This document shows, in pieces, positions 8,527 to 16,907 of a stretch of DNA of 53,964 nucleotides (its first letter is position 1; the number at the start of each line of letters is the position of its first letter). Position numbers and translations under genes: made by a program. The DNA comes from a virus (taxonomy: Duplodnaviria > Caudoviricetes), in IMG/VR virus record IMGVR_UViG_3300005805_000115, positions 1-53,964 of that record. One strand, written 5' to 3'. The notes under the pieces were generated by a model, which worked only from the letters and a program-made list of their open reading frames with translations, made no database searches and was not told where the DNA came from.

Positions 8527-9038
8527 TGCACTTTGACCTGGAACCAAAACCAAGGCTCAAAAGGCGTGAGATTGCCGTTGTAGATAAAAGTACCACTGTT
8601 GCCTTTGCGCCCACCGTGCTGCGGCACAAACACACCATCTGACACCAGTTGATGCACTGCGGATTTGGGAATGCGATGAAATTTCACTGTACCATCAAAC
8701 CAAAAAGTTTCCAGAACCAAATAGTCGTAATCCTGTGCTGGGCGGATCTGCAGGAAACTAAAACAATCATTGGTGCCCTGTGTGATGGTGCTACCTTTGA
8801 TTTCTACTGTGGCACCATCCACGGTACGATCATTGTCGGTACTGGTGGCCTTGCCCACAGTCATGCCACGCTGTTCAAAAATTGACTGAGCAATTTGCTC
8901 AAACTTTGAACCTTTGCCACGGGGCGCCAGACTTTTTAGATGCACAAAAGGTCCGGTGGTCCAGCGTGGATCAATGGCATGCGTGGCCAGCAGATCTTCA
9001 TTCAAATGGACCAGATCAACAGCGGTTGCATCGCTCAT
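8523..9038 (-). CDS. PD-(D/E)XK restriction-endonuclease-like protein
   Basis: KGSKFEQ...DNDRTVDG..VEIKGS..FSFLQIRPAQDYD; coupled to the MTase by ATGA. Confidence 0.65.
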   Translation of the reverse strand: MSDATAVDLVHLNEDLLATHAIDPRWTTGPFVHLKSLAPRGKGSKFEQIAQSIFEQRGMTVGKATSTDNDRTVDGATVEIKGSTITQGTNDCFSFLQIRPAQDYDYLVLETFWFDGTVKFHRIPKSAVHQLVSDGVFVPQHGGRKGNSGTFIYNGNLTPFEPWFWFQVKVQ

Positions 9039-9376
9039 GTGATAGCCACTTTTTGATTTTGATTTCTGTCACTGTAAAAAACTTGACCCAGCCTACGACA
9101 GGTATCAGCTGCGGTCTGTGGATCAGCTTCAAACATCTCACGGATATCATCGGCCGAAATGCCTGGTTCAGCTGATAACAAATAAATTTCATAATACCGC
9201 TGGCTGTTGAATTGGGCTCGCAGGCGCCAATGCGCAAGATTTGGCATTGCAGGCGGCTCTGTGTTGGTCAACAGAGCAAAAGTGGTCAACTTGAGATCAG
9301 GAATGTGCTGCACAGCCTCTAGACCATGGCAGTCCCACATCACAGCGAACCAATTGGGTTGATCTTCGTTGAGCAT
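9035..9376 (-). CDS. hypothetical protein
   Basis: MWDCHGLE...LRAQFNSQRYYEIY motif; start adjusted. Confidence 0.65.
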   Translation of the reverse strand: MLNEDQPNWFAVMWDCHGLEAVQHIPDLKLTTFALLTNTEPPAMPNLAHWRLRAQFNSQRYYEIYLLSAEPGISADDIREMFEADPQTAADTCRRLGQVFYSDRNQNQKVAIT

Positions 9377-9377
9377 T

Positions 9378-9608
9378 TTACAGGCGGAATTGTTCAAGGT
9401 ATTCGGCAGCCGCAGTGGTATCTTCGCCCATGATTTGATCAGTGGCCGCCAGCACCACCATCTGCATCAGCAAGTCAACCTGCTGTTGGCTGTGACTGTC
9501 CAAAGTGGATTTCCATGCCATGAGATCTTCCAGCTCAGGCAGATTCCACATGGTGTTCAAAAGTTCTACTTGCTGTGCATTGAGTCCAGTGATAGTGATG
9601 GGTTCCAT
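9378..9608 (-). CDS. hypothetical protein
   Basis: 76 aa, directly downstream of a promoter. Confidence 0.65.
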   Translation of the reverse strand: MEPITITGLNAQQVELLNTMWNLPELEDLMAWKSTLDSHSQQQVDLLMQMVVLAATDQIMGEDTTAAAEYLEQFRL

Positions 9609-9640
9609 TTTTGCACCTGTTGATTGACCAAACAGTTAGC

Positions 9641-9669
9641 ATTGTAGCAAAAAAAGAATTTGATGTCAA
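9641..9669 (-). promoter_or_regulatory. sigma70-type early promoter
   Basis: TTGACA-17-TACAAT, extended -10. Confidence 0.85.
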
Positions 9670-9676
9670 CCAGCTG

Positions 9677-9916
9677 TCAATCCCAGCGCAGTTTGAATGC
9701 GCACATGTCGCGATCACTGTCAAAGTAAAATATATATCTGCCCGGGGAAACATCACTGCTGGGCTGTACCAATTGCCATCGCCACTCCTGCAGCATGTTG
9801 AGTTTGCACCAGTCTAAAATATCGTCCAATACGCCATAGGGTTTTTCTACATTGGTTGCACAATGAAAACTGTCTCCGGTGCGAACTTGATATTCTTCTA
9901 AGGGCAACTGGTGCAT
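9677..9916 (-). CDS. small F-x-L-[RK]-W family protein
   Basis: LDWC...FYFDSDRDMCAFKLRWD. Confidence 0.7.
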   Translation of the reverse strand: MHQLPLEEYQVRTGDSFHCATNVEKPYGVLDDILDWCKLNMLQEWRWQLVQPSSDVSPGRYIFYFDSDRDMCAFKLRWD

Positions 9917-9924
9917 TTTTTTAG

Positions 9925-10131
9925 TTATATCACCGCGCCTTGACTGTGCAAATTCACATATTCTTTTCGAATGTAGTTGTCACACCAAGCAGGATCCCGG
10001 GTGAACAGCAACAGATTGTCTGCTATACCAAAATGATCACAGAAGCTACGCCCATAAGTTTTGCCTCTAAGAGCCTCAAAACTAAAATGGCTTTTGAATT
10101 CTTGATACTGCTCAAGGCTGATCTGAGTCAA
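9925..10131 (-). CDS. hypothetical protein
   Basis: Probable TTG start; YGRSFCDHFGIADNLL. Confidence 0.55.
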   Translation of the reverse strand: MTQISLEQYQEFKSHFSFEALRGKTYGRSFCDHFGIADNLLLFTRDPAWCDNYIRKEYVNLHSQGAVI

Positions 10132-10621
10132 CTTCTCGAAAGGTGTTGTCGCCCAGCCACTGAATGTGTGCGATGTAATCATATTCATCCGGTTTACCTG
10201 TGTTCCAATCTGTAGGCCCGATGTGACACAGTCGGGTAATTTGATGTTTGTTGTCCCAGACCAGCCAGTAGTACTGGCCGTGATACAGTTTGAAGTCATA
10301 CTTGGCTTGCCTCACTTGATCGGTAATATCCAGTCGATGTGCAATGTCCGCGGCCTGACGCTGTAACACTGCAACCAGTTCCATGATTCTATCATATTCC
10401 TGTCGTGCATACATCCTTGCTGCATTGACCATGAGGTCTTTTTGGCTTTGTACAGGCACTGGTTCAAAACTGGGGCCACCCACGTCCACAGGATAGGGTG
10501 TGGCCGAACGATTGATAAACTCAACCAGACTGTTGCCTACAGTGGCATCATAGCTGTGTCTACCTTTGGCTCTGTTAGATGTCACTGGGTCAATCCCATA
10601 AACTCTCATAGTATTTGCCAA
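10112..10621 (-). CDS. DUF2452-like protein
   Basis: Coiled coil followed by AKYDFKLYHGQYYWL; start uncertain. Confidence 0.6.
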   Translation of the reverse strand: MANTMRVYGIDPVTSNRAKGRHSYDATVGNSLVEFINRSATPYPVDVGGPSFEPVPVQSQKDLMVNAARMYARQEYDRIMELVAVLQRQAADIAHRLDITDQVRQAKYDFKLYHGQYYWLVWDNKHQITRLCHIGPTDWNTGKPDEYDYIAHIQWLGDNTFREVDSDQP

Positions 10622-11327
10622 ACAGGCGGAATCCGTTGCTGATGCGATCCTGAACCAATTTCATGCCTTTGTAGTCGCACTGGTAGGTATCTTTGGGGCC
10701 ACGTTCCATCTGAAAATATTTGTGCTCACCTCGGGGCACTTTGTTGCCATGGGCATCCACAGGAATCCACTGCATATCAATGTCGCCAGAACGAAACTGA
10801 TCTTCCCAACTATCATCCAGTTTGCATTCAAACGCAAAGATCATTTCATCCATGACCCAGTCCCAGCGTAGGAAATGATTGCTGTCAGTGTCCCACTCAT
10901 TTTCTTTAGGCGCCGCAGCAGTGCTGCGAAGATGTTCGGGCACATCTTCGTCGTCTACCAGCGGTGCCCCGTGTTTGTCACGTTTGAGTTGGCGCAGCAT
11001 GGGCAGCACAATGTGAGCCAAGGTGTGATCCATGGCCCAGGTGTCCCAGCGGTCAATCTTGACATACTCTACTCTGGGATAGATACGCTCGCCCAGCCAC
11101 TGAATGGCTCGGCTGACGGGCATGAGTCGATCTGACCAACGATCGACCCATTCTGGATGCTCAACATAGCGACTCTTGGCACCTTTCAAAGTGGCTGCTT
11201 CGTCTTCAAGAGTTTGACTCAGTTTCCAACGACTGCACTTGGACCAATCAGTCCACCAGAACAGATAGTCCAACATTGTGTAGGGTGAGATCCAGTGATC
11301 TCGATATTTTGAAATGTATATTTTCAT
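10590..11327 (-). CDS. conserved T4-like phage hypothetical protein
   Basis: VKIDRWDTWAMDHTLAHIVLPML...GFRLFGKYYESLWD. Confidence 0.8.
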   Translation of the reverse strand: MKIYISKYRDHWISPYTMLDYLFWWTDWSKCSRWKLSQTLEDEAATLKGAKSRYVEHPEWVDRWSDRLMPVSRAIQWLGERIYPRVEYVKIDRWDTWAMDHTLAHIVLPMLRQLKRDKHGAPLVDDEDVPEHLRSTAAAPKENEWDTDSNHFLRWDWVMDEMIFAFECKLDDSWEDQFRSGDIDMQWIPVDAHGNKVPRGEHKYFQMERGPKDTYQCDYKGMKLVQDRISNGFRLFGKYYESLWD

Positions 11328-11518
11328 TACCAGTTACTCACGTCAGTTATGTCTTGGTCGTAGCTTTGACCATCGGGCTTGTGGAAGGTAACCACATGTA
11401 CTTGCCCAATACCAAAGCTGTCTTGCTTGATATCAATCAGCACAATGTTTTCATCCAGGGCCAACACTGTTATAATGCGCTCCAATGAATTTCTTGTCAA
11501 TGTTACTTTACTTGACAA
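11327..11518 (-). CDS. hypothetical protein
   Basis: 63 aa ending DITDVSNW. Confidence 0.6.
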   Translation of the reverse strand: MSSKVTLTRNSLERIITVLALDENIVLIDIKQDSFGIGQVHVVTFHKPDGQSYDQDITDVSNW

Positions 11519-11753
11519 TGGTCATGCTCGCTTGAGTGTAGTCCAAAAAATCTCCATCATCACAGCGTATCAGCGCCGCGCTGGTATCAACAATCTCAAC
11601 TTCACAATCATAGTGAGTGATTTCATAATCTACGAAGCTTTGATCAGGCTGGTACACACGGAACCAAAGATGATCATCAAAGCCTCGAATCAAAAATCCC
11701 TTGACGCCAGTGGCCGAGGTTTGAGTCAAATTTCTACTGTCTTGATTTGCCAT
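11508..11753 (-). CDS. hypothetical protein
   Basis: 81 aa, FRVY...FVDYEITH, operon-packed. Confidence 0.6.
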   Translation of the reverse strand: MANQDSRNLTQTSATGVKGFLIRGFDDHLWFRVYQPDQSFVDYEITHYDCEVEIVDTSAALIRCDDGDFLDYTQASMTIVK

Positions 11754-12610
11754 TGATCTGCCTGTTCTTCGTAGTTGAAATATCCCCGCGGGTTACACAC
11801 CACTCGAGTAGTACCAATGCAGTAATCAAAACTGTGATGAGTGTGCCCGTGAGTCCACAGTTTTATCTGCGGATGATTCAGTATCAAATCATTGAGATCG
11901 CTGCTGTAGCCACCATTCATTATGGTATCGTTGGCATACTTAGGATGCGTGGATACCTTGCTGGGCGAATGATGCCCACAGACCACAAACTTTTGATCGT
12001 ACTTGCCTTGCACAATGGTACGAACATAATCTACAAACAGACGGTGTTCTGTCACTGCATCTTCGGGCGAAAATTTAGCTGCTCGCTCATGAAACACAGG
12101 TCGTGTGCGATCATCAACTCCATTGATCTGTTCATAGGTTTTGAAAGACACCCGGCGGTTGCTGTTCTGTACCACACGAAAATCATTCATCATTGACCGC
12201 ATGTGTAACAACGTAATAGGGTCTTCGTTGTTCATGTCAGTCCACAGCGTTCCACCAATGAATGTTACGCCGTCCACAGTCAAAATCTCTCGATCCAGAA
12301 TGTGGAGATTTGAGATGTAAGCAAATTTGGACTTGAGATGTGCCACAGTGGTAGCAAAATCACCATGGTAGTGCTCGTGGTTGCCCATGACATAGATCAC
12401 ACGCGAGAACCTTTCGCTACACCGTTGCATGAACTGATGAAAGCGTTCACTGCGCCCGTGTGAACCGGACAAGTCTAGGGCGTCCTGATCGCGGACATCT
12501 TGTGCAATCAAGATATCACCACTCAGCACCAATACTTCAGCCGACTCCGGATTGTCAAAATCCAAGTTTCCGAATTCTAAGTGCAGGTCACTGGCAATTG
12601 AGATTTTCAT
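11726..12610 (-). CDS. calcineurin-like metallophosphoesterase
   Basis: SDLH, GD, GNHE, HH, GHTH motifs. Confidence 0.9.
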   Translation of the reverse strand: MKISIASDLHLEFGNLDFDNPESAEVLVLSGDILIAQDVRDQDALDLSGSHGRSERFHQFMQRCSERFSRVIYVMGNHEHYHGDFATTVAHLKSKFAYISNLHILDREILTVDGVTFIGGTLWTDMNNEDPITLLHMRSMMNDFRVVQNSNRRVSFKTYEQINGVDDRTRPVFHERAAKFSPEDAVTEHRLFVDYVRTIVQGKYDQKFVVCGHHSPSKVSTHPKYANDTIMNGGYSSDLNDLILNHPQIKLWTHGHTHHSFDYCIGTTRVVCNPRGYFNYEEQADQWQIKTVEI

Positions 12611-12947
12611 TTTGTTTGAGATCTTTGAATTCTTGGCGTAATCGTATCAATAAATTTTCAGGACCATCTGCAATCAAGGCGCTTTTGCCGGGATAGCGTA
12701 GTTTGAAATTGTCACGTAGTTCACCAAAGGTACGACCTTGACAGGCAAAATCTTGGGTACTCACCAACCAACCATACACAGTACCATCAATTTCTTCCAC
12801 TGACAATTCAATGGGCTGTGCTCTGATTTCTAGTTCACGTTTCAATGCTGTTCTGTACATCCATCCCAGTACCACATCTCTCAGGATTCGCACCGCATAG
12901 AACACAGCTATGGCATAGAACAAACAGACTAGAAGTAAATTATCCAT
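12588..12947 (-). CDS. hypothetical membrane-anchored protein
   Basis: N-terminal TM, FACQG motif. Confidence 0.6.
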   Translation of the reverse strand: MDNLLLVCLFYAIAVFYAVRILRDVVLGWMYRTALKRELEIRAQPIELSVEEIDGTVYGWLVSTQDFACQGRTFGELRDNFKLRYPGKSALIADGPENLLIRLRQEFKDLKQNENLNCQ

Positions 12948-12955
12948 GTGTTTAC

Positions 12956-13243
12956 TTAACGTAGACTTTCCAAAGTAATCAGCTTGCCTAGTTCTTCATT
13001 GAAATTGTGATCCTCGGGTATAACATAAATCTTGTTGTCACTGCGGTCGGTTTTGTGATCATAACGACGGAAGGTTATAATTTTACCACCCACAGCCGAA
13101 GTGACCATGATGTTGAGATTGTTGGTCCAGTCAGTGTCAGGTCCTGCAGTTGTCAACCTAGATGGTTTGATGCTGTCTGACTCTTGAGGCTCGTTGCCAA
13201 TTTCTTTCATGCGATTCCACACATAACGCCATAGCCATTTCAT
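12956..13243 (-). CDS. hypothetical protein
   Basis: Start at MKWLW (ATGA overlap); AVGGKII..YDHKTDR. Confidence 0.65.
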   Translation of the reverse strand: MKWLWRYVWNRMKEIGNEPQESDSIKPSRLTTAGPDTDWTNNLNIMVTSAVGGKIITFRRYDHKTDRSDNKIYVIPEDHNFNEELGKLITLESLR

Positions 13244-13692
13244 GCCGATTTCCTCATTTTCAAATATTGTTCCCACTGTATCCATTGACCACGCACCAAA
13301 AACCCCCAGTCACGTTTTTTAGGACCGGGCATGAACAGTGTCCAACAGGTCACGCCTGGATCCAGTTCAATTCTATGGTAACTGTTGGCACTGCACCAAC
13401 GAAAGTGACCTGGTGCTCTCCAGTGAGCAATCTCTGCAATTTTTGCACCACTATTGTTGAACTGCGGCACCCATTCCCAATAGCCGCCACGCAGGATCAC
13501 AGTGAAATAGGGCCAGGGATGATCATGCACATCATCAGGATCGGATTTCAAAAACTTGTGCAAAAACACATTGAATGGGAACCAGGCGCGGTCTTTCAAG
13601 AACAGGTAATAGCGTTCTAGATAGGGTTCATCGCTCACACGATCCAACACTATGCGCTTGCGACCCATACGTTCTAACAGTTTTAGAATCAT
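13240..13692 (-). CDS. cupin-fold protein
   Basis: HDHPW...GGYWE...YHRIEL...WTLF. Confidence 0.75.
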   Translation of the reverse strand: MILKLLERMGRKRIVLDRVSDEPYLERYYLFLKDRAWFPFNVFLHKFLKSDPDDVHDHPWPYFTVILRGGYWEWVPQFNNSGAKIAEIAHWRAPGHFRWCSANSYHRIELDPGVTCWTLFMPGPKKRDWGFLVRGQWIQWEQYLKMRKSA

Positions 13693-13709
13693 GTTTACTC
13701 CTTGTGCAC

Positions 13710-13738
13710 AGTATACTACGTTCAGATTTTATGGTCAA
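13710..13738 (-). promoter_or_regulatory. sigma70-type early promoter
   Basis: TTGACC-17-TATACT. Confidence 0.7.
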
Positions 13739-13740
13739 AT

Positions 13741-13769
13741 AAAAGCCTGGCATTGCACCAGGCTTTTTT
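13741..13769. terminator. rho-independent terminator
   Basis: AAAAGCCTGG-CATTGCA-CCAGGCTTTTTT. Confidence 0.8.
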
Positions 13770-13804
13770 GCCTAAGTGGCCCTTGGGAGCGGGCCAGCGA
13801 GTGC

Positions 13805-14068
13805 TTACAGGCCCAGGGCCAGAGCACGGTAACCGGCAGCAACCAAACGGCGGCTGGGTCGACCGATCACATACTCGGTTACCTGCACGCCATTGCCAGC
13901 TTTGCGGCTGTTGGCATACACAGCGAAGCCGGCCTGACGAATACGGCTGACTTCGGCGCTGATGTTCTTGATGCCAAAACGTTTGGCAGCAGCAGCAGGG
14001 GTCACGGTCTCACCGCTGTGCAGAGCCTGGAACAAACGGTAGGTTTTGGTGTTTTCACTAATACGCAT
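13805..14068 (-). CDS. winged helix-turn-helix DNA-binding protein
   Basis: TPAAAAKRFGIKNISAEVSRIRQAGFAVY; AGGAG SD. Confidence 0.75.
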   Translation of the reverse strand: MRISENTKTYRLFQALHSGETVTPAAAAKRFGIKNISAEVSRIRQAGFAVYANSRKAGNGVQVTEYVIGRPSRRLVAAGYRALALGL

Positions 14069-14197
14069 TCTAAAAATCTCCTAAATAGATGCTGTTTTGT
14101 CAGCATGAAACAAGTATACAACATCTCAGTAGCTCTCACAAGCAATTTGGCAAACAAAGTCGCTGACCAAATTGGAAGTACCCGACTATTACTCAAA

Positions 14198-14203
14198 TAA
14201 ATA
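14198..14203 (+). promoter_or_regulatory. T4-like late promoter (TAAATA)
   Basis: TAAATA 15 nt before ATG 14219; same hexamer precedes many plus-strand genes. Confidence 0.55.
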
Positions 14204-14218
14204 TTTTGGCAGTTTGCC

Positions 14219-14650
14219 ATGCTCACATATTTTTCTTCGGTCGATCCAGAATTACTTGATTTGATCAAGGACGATCCAGTGCGACCCGAGATTCCTGCGG
14301 ATCAACGTGTGACCCATAACGGCAGAGTATATGTGTTGAGATCCGACCAAGGAACCAGTGCAGTGACCTGCATCAAATTTTTGGCACAGGTACCAGCCAA
14401 CGTGATTGATCTCATGCAACCAACCGACCATGCCAACACCGCGGTGTTTTACACCATTTGGAGTTATGTGCCTGGTTCAGGTCGTGAACTGATTGAACAG
14501 GCCTGCAGGGCCATACAACAGGAAAACCCTAACATCCAAACCTTTGTGACACTGAGTCCCAAAACTGAAATGGCACAGAGGTTTCATTTGCGCAATGGCG
14601 CATTGGTATACAGAGAAAATACTGACACTGTAAACTACATTTATAAATAA
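14219..14650 (+). CDS. malonyl-CoA decarboxylase-like / GNAT-fold protein (minimal)
   Basis: AVFYTI, TFVTLSP, RFHLRNGA match MCD catalytic-domain motifs. Confidence 0.65.
   Translation: MLTYFSSVDPELLDLIKDDPVRPEIPADQRVTHNGRVYVLRSDQGTSAVTCIKFLAQVPANVIDLMQPTDHANTAVFYTIWSYVPGSGRELIEQACRAIQQENPNIQTFVTLSPKTEMAQRFHLRNGALVYRENTDTVNYIYK
14642..14649 (+). promoter_or_regulatory. T4-like late promoter
   Basis: Exact TATAAATA. Confidence 0.7.
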
Positions 14651-14692
14651 ACATGCTCGTGTTACACACACGCACACACAAAGGAGGTTATC

Positions 14693-14935
14693 ATGAGCAA
14701 AACACCTTACGAGATCCGTCTCGAACTTCTCAAACTGGCTAACGAAATCTTGTTGACACCAGTATATCAAACTCGTGATGCTAAATTGCAAGAATGGAAC
14801 GCTAGCCGTGAAGTTTATGCAAACGAGACTGCACCACGAAATCCACTTCCGTTCCCAACTTTGCCTGATTTTCCATCTAGTACGGACATTGTCAGCAAAG
14901 CCGAAGAACTCAAGAAGTTTGTAGACCAAGCATAA
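14693..14935 (+). CDS. conserved phage hypothetical protein
   Basis: KTPYEIRLELLKLA...KAEELKKFV; strong AAGGAGG SD. Confidence 0.8.
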   Translation: MSKTPYEIRLELLKLANEILLTPVYQTRDAKLQEWNASREVYANETAPRNPLPFPTLPDFPSSTDIVSKAEELKKFVDQA

Positions 14936-14940
14936 AAAAC

Positions 14941-14962
14941 AAAGCCCCGAAAGGGGCTTTTT
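14941..14962. terminator. bidirectional terminator between convergent genes
   Basis: AAAGCCCC-GAAA-GGGGCTTTTT. Confidence 0.9.
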
Positions 14963-15165
14963 TATTTCCACTTCAGCGCAAAAGCCACAGCATCCTTTTG
15001 TTGTGAAAAAAAGAACCTATAATAATACGTCCCGCTGCGCTGCACAGCATTGTTGGTAATATAGCTCGGACAGTTGGCCTTGGCCCATTTCAGAGGCATG
15101 ACATCTAAGTATGTGAAGGTCCAGGTTTCTGGCACAGCAATGTCTACGTGGTATGACATCATCAC
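14962..15165 (-). CDS. small F-x-L-[RK]-W family protein
   Basis: W..ANC...FFSQQKDAVAFALKWK. Confidence 0.75.
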   Translation of the reverse strand: MMMSYHVDIAVPETWTFTYLDVMPLKWAKANCPSYITNNAVQRSGTYYYRFFFSQQKDAVAFALKWK

Positions 15166-15183
15166 TCACTTTGTGTAAATTAT

Positions 15184-15471
15184 CTAAGCCCACCGTAGTG
15201 TGAATAACACAGCCGCTGGTTCACATTCGAACCAAAATCTGCTGCCAGTCCATGCATAATGCTGCTTGCCAAATTGTTGTTCGCACCATTGATGCATTTC
15301 TTGCCAATTATCGCGTATTGCCTCACGCGACGCTTCTATACCGTAATATCCAGCATCTTGAAATCTAACGTTCCATAATGGCTGAGTGTTATCACCGTCT
15401 CGTTCTCGATCCCCAGCCTGATCCCATTGTTTCCAGGCTGCGATGAAATCATGTATGCAATCTAGTGTCAT
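15184..15471 (-). CDS. small F-x-L-[RK]-W family protein
   Basis: QWCEQQFG...FECEPAAVLFTLRWA. Confidence 0.75.
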   Translation of the reverse strand: MTLDCIHDFIAAWKQWDQAGDRERDGDNTQPLWNVRFQDAGYYGIEASREAIRDNWQEMHQWCEQQFGKQHYAWTGSRFWFECEPAAVLFTLRWA

Positions 15472-15704
15472 GCCCACCTCAAAGCAAATAATACAGCATC
15501 TTGTTCGTTAGCAAAGTGGTATCTGTAGCCGCCACCGTCCCTAAACCCTGCCCAAAAACAGCACCAGGTTCCTTGACGGTTATCCAACGCTGACCACCGT
15601 TGGCCCCATTCCTGTCGACACCAAGCTTGGGCTCGGTCATGCTGTTCTTTTTTGATGCGAACTTGGTAGGGTAAAGCTTTCACAGTCACTGATTTGACCG
15701 ACAT
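15468..15704 (-). CDS. small F-x-L-[RK]-W family protein
   Basis: AWCRQEWG...FANEQDAVLFALRWA. Confidence 0.75.
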   Translation of the reverse strand: MSVKSVTVKALPYQVRIKKEQHDRAQAWCRQEWGQRWSALDNRQGTWCCFWAGFRDGGGYRYHFANEQDAVLFALRWA

Positions 15705-15705
15705 G

Positions 15706-15921
15706 TCAAGACCATATCAAGGAGAACCACATGGCTTCACGCTTACGCATGTAGAGCACATTTCCATTTCTACCAGCCGAGGTGTGCGGTATTTTTGATT
15801 GATCTAGCCAATCATGCATTCTCTCTTGTTCGTCTAACCCATACTCTATAAGTTCGATTCTATAGTCATAGGGATAGTCTGGTGTGCTGCGATACCCTAA
15901 CTCAATCATACGAAATTTCAT
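15706..15921 (-). CDS. small F-x-L-[RK]-W family protein
   Basis: DWL...REAMWFSLIWS. Confidence 0.7.
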   Translation of the reverse strand: MKFRMIELGYRSTPDYPYDYRIELIEYGLDEQERMHDWLDQSKIPHTSAGRNGNVLYMRKREAMWFSLIWS

Positions 15922-16160
15922 TGCCACCTCATGACAAACCACATTCGTTGTTGCTCATCTCGAACACGCCAAAGATTTACGCCAAAGTAATCTTTTACAA
16001 TGGCCTGATTGTCTTTGCTCAGTGGACACTCTAGATCAATTTTATTTTGCCTACACCAACGCACCACTGCCTTCCGATGTTGAGCAGGCACCATGATGTC
16101 ACGATCATCACCACGAAGAACAAATCGATCTCGCTCCATAAAGATTTTTTCTGCCATCAT
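15918..16160 (-). CDS. small F-x-L-[RK]-W family protein
   Basis: RWCRQN...DEQQRMWFVMRWQ. Confidence 0.7.
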   Translation of the reverse strand: MMAEKIFMERDRFVLRGDDRDIMVPAQHRKAVVRWCRQNKIDLECPLSKDNQAIVKDYFGVNLWRVRDEQQRMWFVMRWQ

Positions 16161-16378
16161 GACCACTTCAAGGCAAACATCACTGCATCATGATCATCTT
16201 CAAATTGAATAAACTTTTCCTTCATCCATCCGGGACTGTGGTAGTAATAACTTTTACAATTTTCCTTTAGCCACATATTCACTTGATAATCTTCGGCACT
16301 GGTATGATACTCAACCTTGTGTAACACAGGAGTTAGTATTTCAGGAAACATTTTTAATGGTTTATAAGTTACGGTCAT
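16157..16378 (-). CDS. small F-x-L-[RK]-W family protein
   Basis: WLKENC...FEDDHDAVMFALKWS. Confidence 0.75.
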   Translation of the reverse strand: MTVTYKPLKMFPEILTPVLHKVEYHTSAEDYQVNMWLKENCKSYYYHSPGWMKEKFIQFEDDHDAVMFALKWS

Positions 16379-16551
16379 GACCACCTCAACAAAAATAACA
16401 TATATTCTTTTTCATCCTTGAAATTGAATGTCTCCTGCTGATTGGTCCACCAATTTGGTTCATAATGTCCGCCATGATAAAGATTTTGCATACACCACAC
16501 TACAATGTCATTCCAGGGTGCCACACCATTGTATTGCCAAGAATGGATCAT
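16375..16551 (-). CDS. small F-x-L-[RK]-W family protein (58 aa, not in ORF track)
   Basis: Hand-translated MIHSWQYNGVAPWNDIVVWCMQNL...FNFKDEKEYMLFLLRWS; ATGA overlaps at both ends. Confidence 0.75.
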   Translation of the reverse strand: MIHSWQYNGVAPWNDIVVWCMQNLYHGGHYEPNWWTNQQETFNFKDEKEYMLFLLRWS

Positions 16552-16907
16552 TTCTGCACCAAATTTTTGATCACATTGTATCGTTCAATGGCCTTTTGAA
16601 CATCAGCCCAAGCACTGGCCAATGTGACATTGTGTTCATACTGCTGTTGTTCTAATACTACACTGGGAGGATCATCTTCTACCCATTGATGTGGATCGGC
16701 GTCAGTCCAATAATATACTATGACCGAATCATCTTTGTCAAAACTGTCGTATTTTCTCCAGCGATCTCGTTTTCGGTCATAGTAAAGATAACCATAATCA
16801 CGATCGCCGTCGGCTTTACCGCCCATACCCCACCCACGGTAAGCGAAATAATAACCCGAATGATCGGGATTTTTCAGTTCCCTGCGATACCAAATACTGG
16901 TTCTCAT
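16548..16907 (-). CDS. hypothetical protein inserted in the paralogue array
   Basis: NPDHSGYYFAY...VYYW; lacks the array's C-terminal motif. Confidence 0.65.
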   Translation of the reverse strand: MRTSIWYRRELKNPDHSGYYFAYRGWGMGGKADGDRDYGYLYYDRKRDRWRKYDSFDKDDSVIVYYWTDADPHQWVEDDPPSVVLEQQQYEHNVTLASAWADVQKAIERYNVIKNLVQK

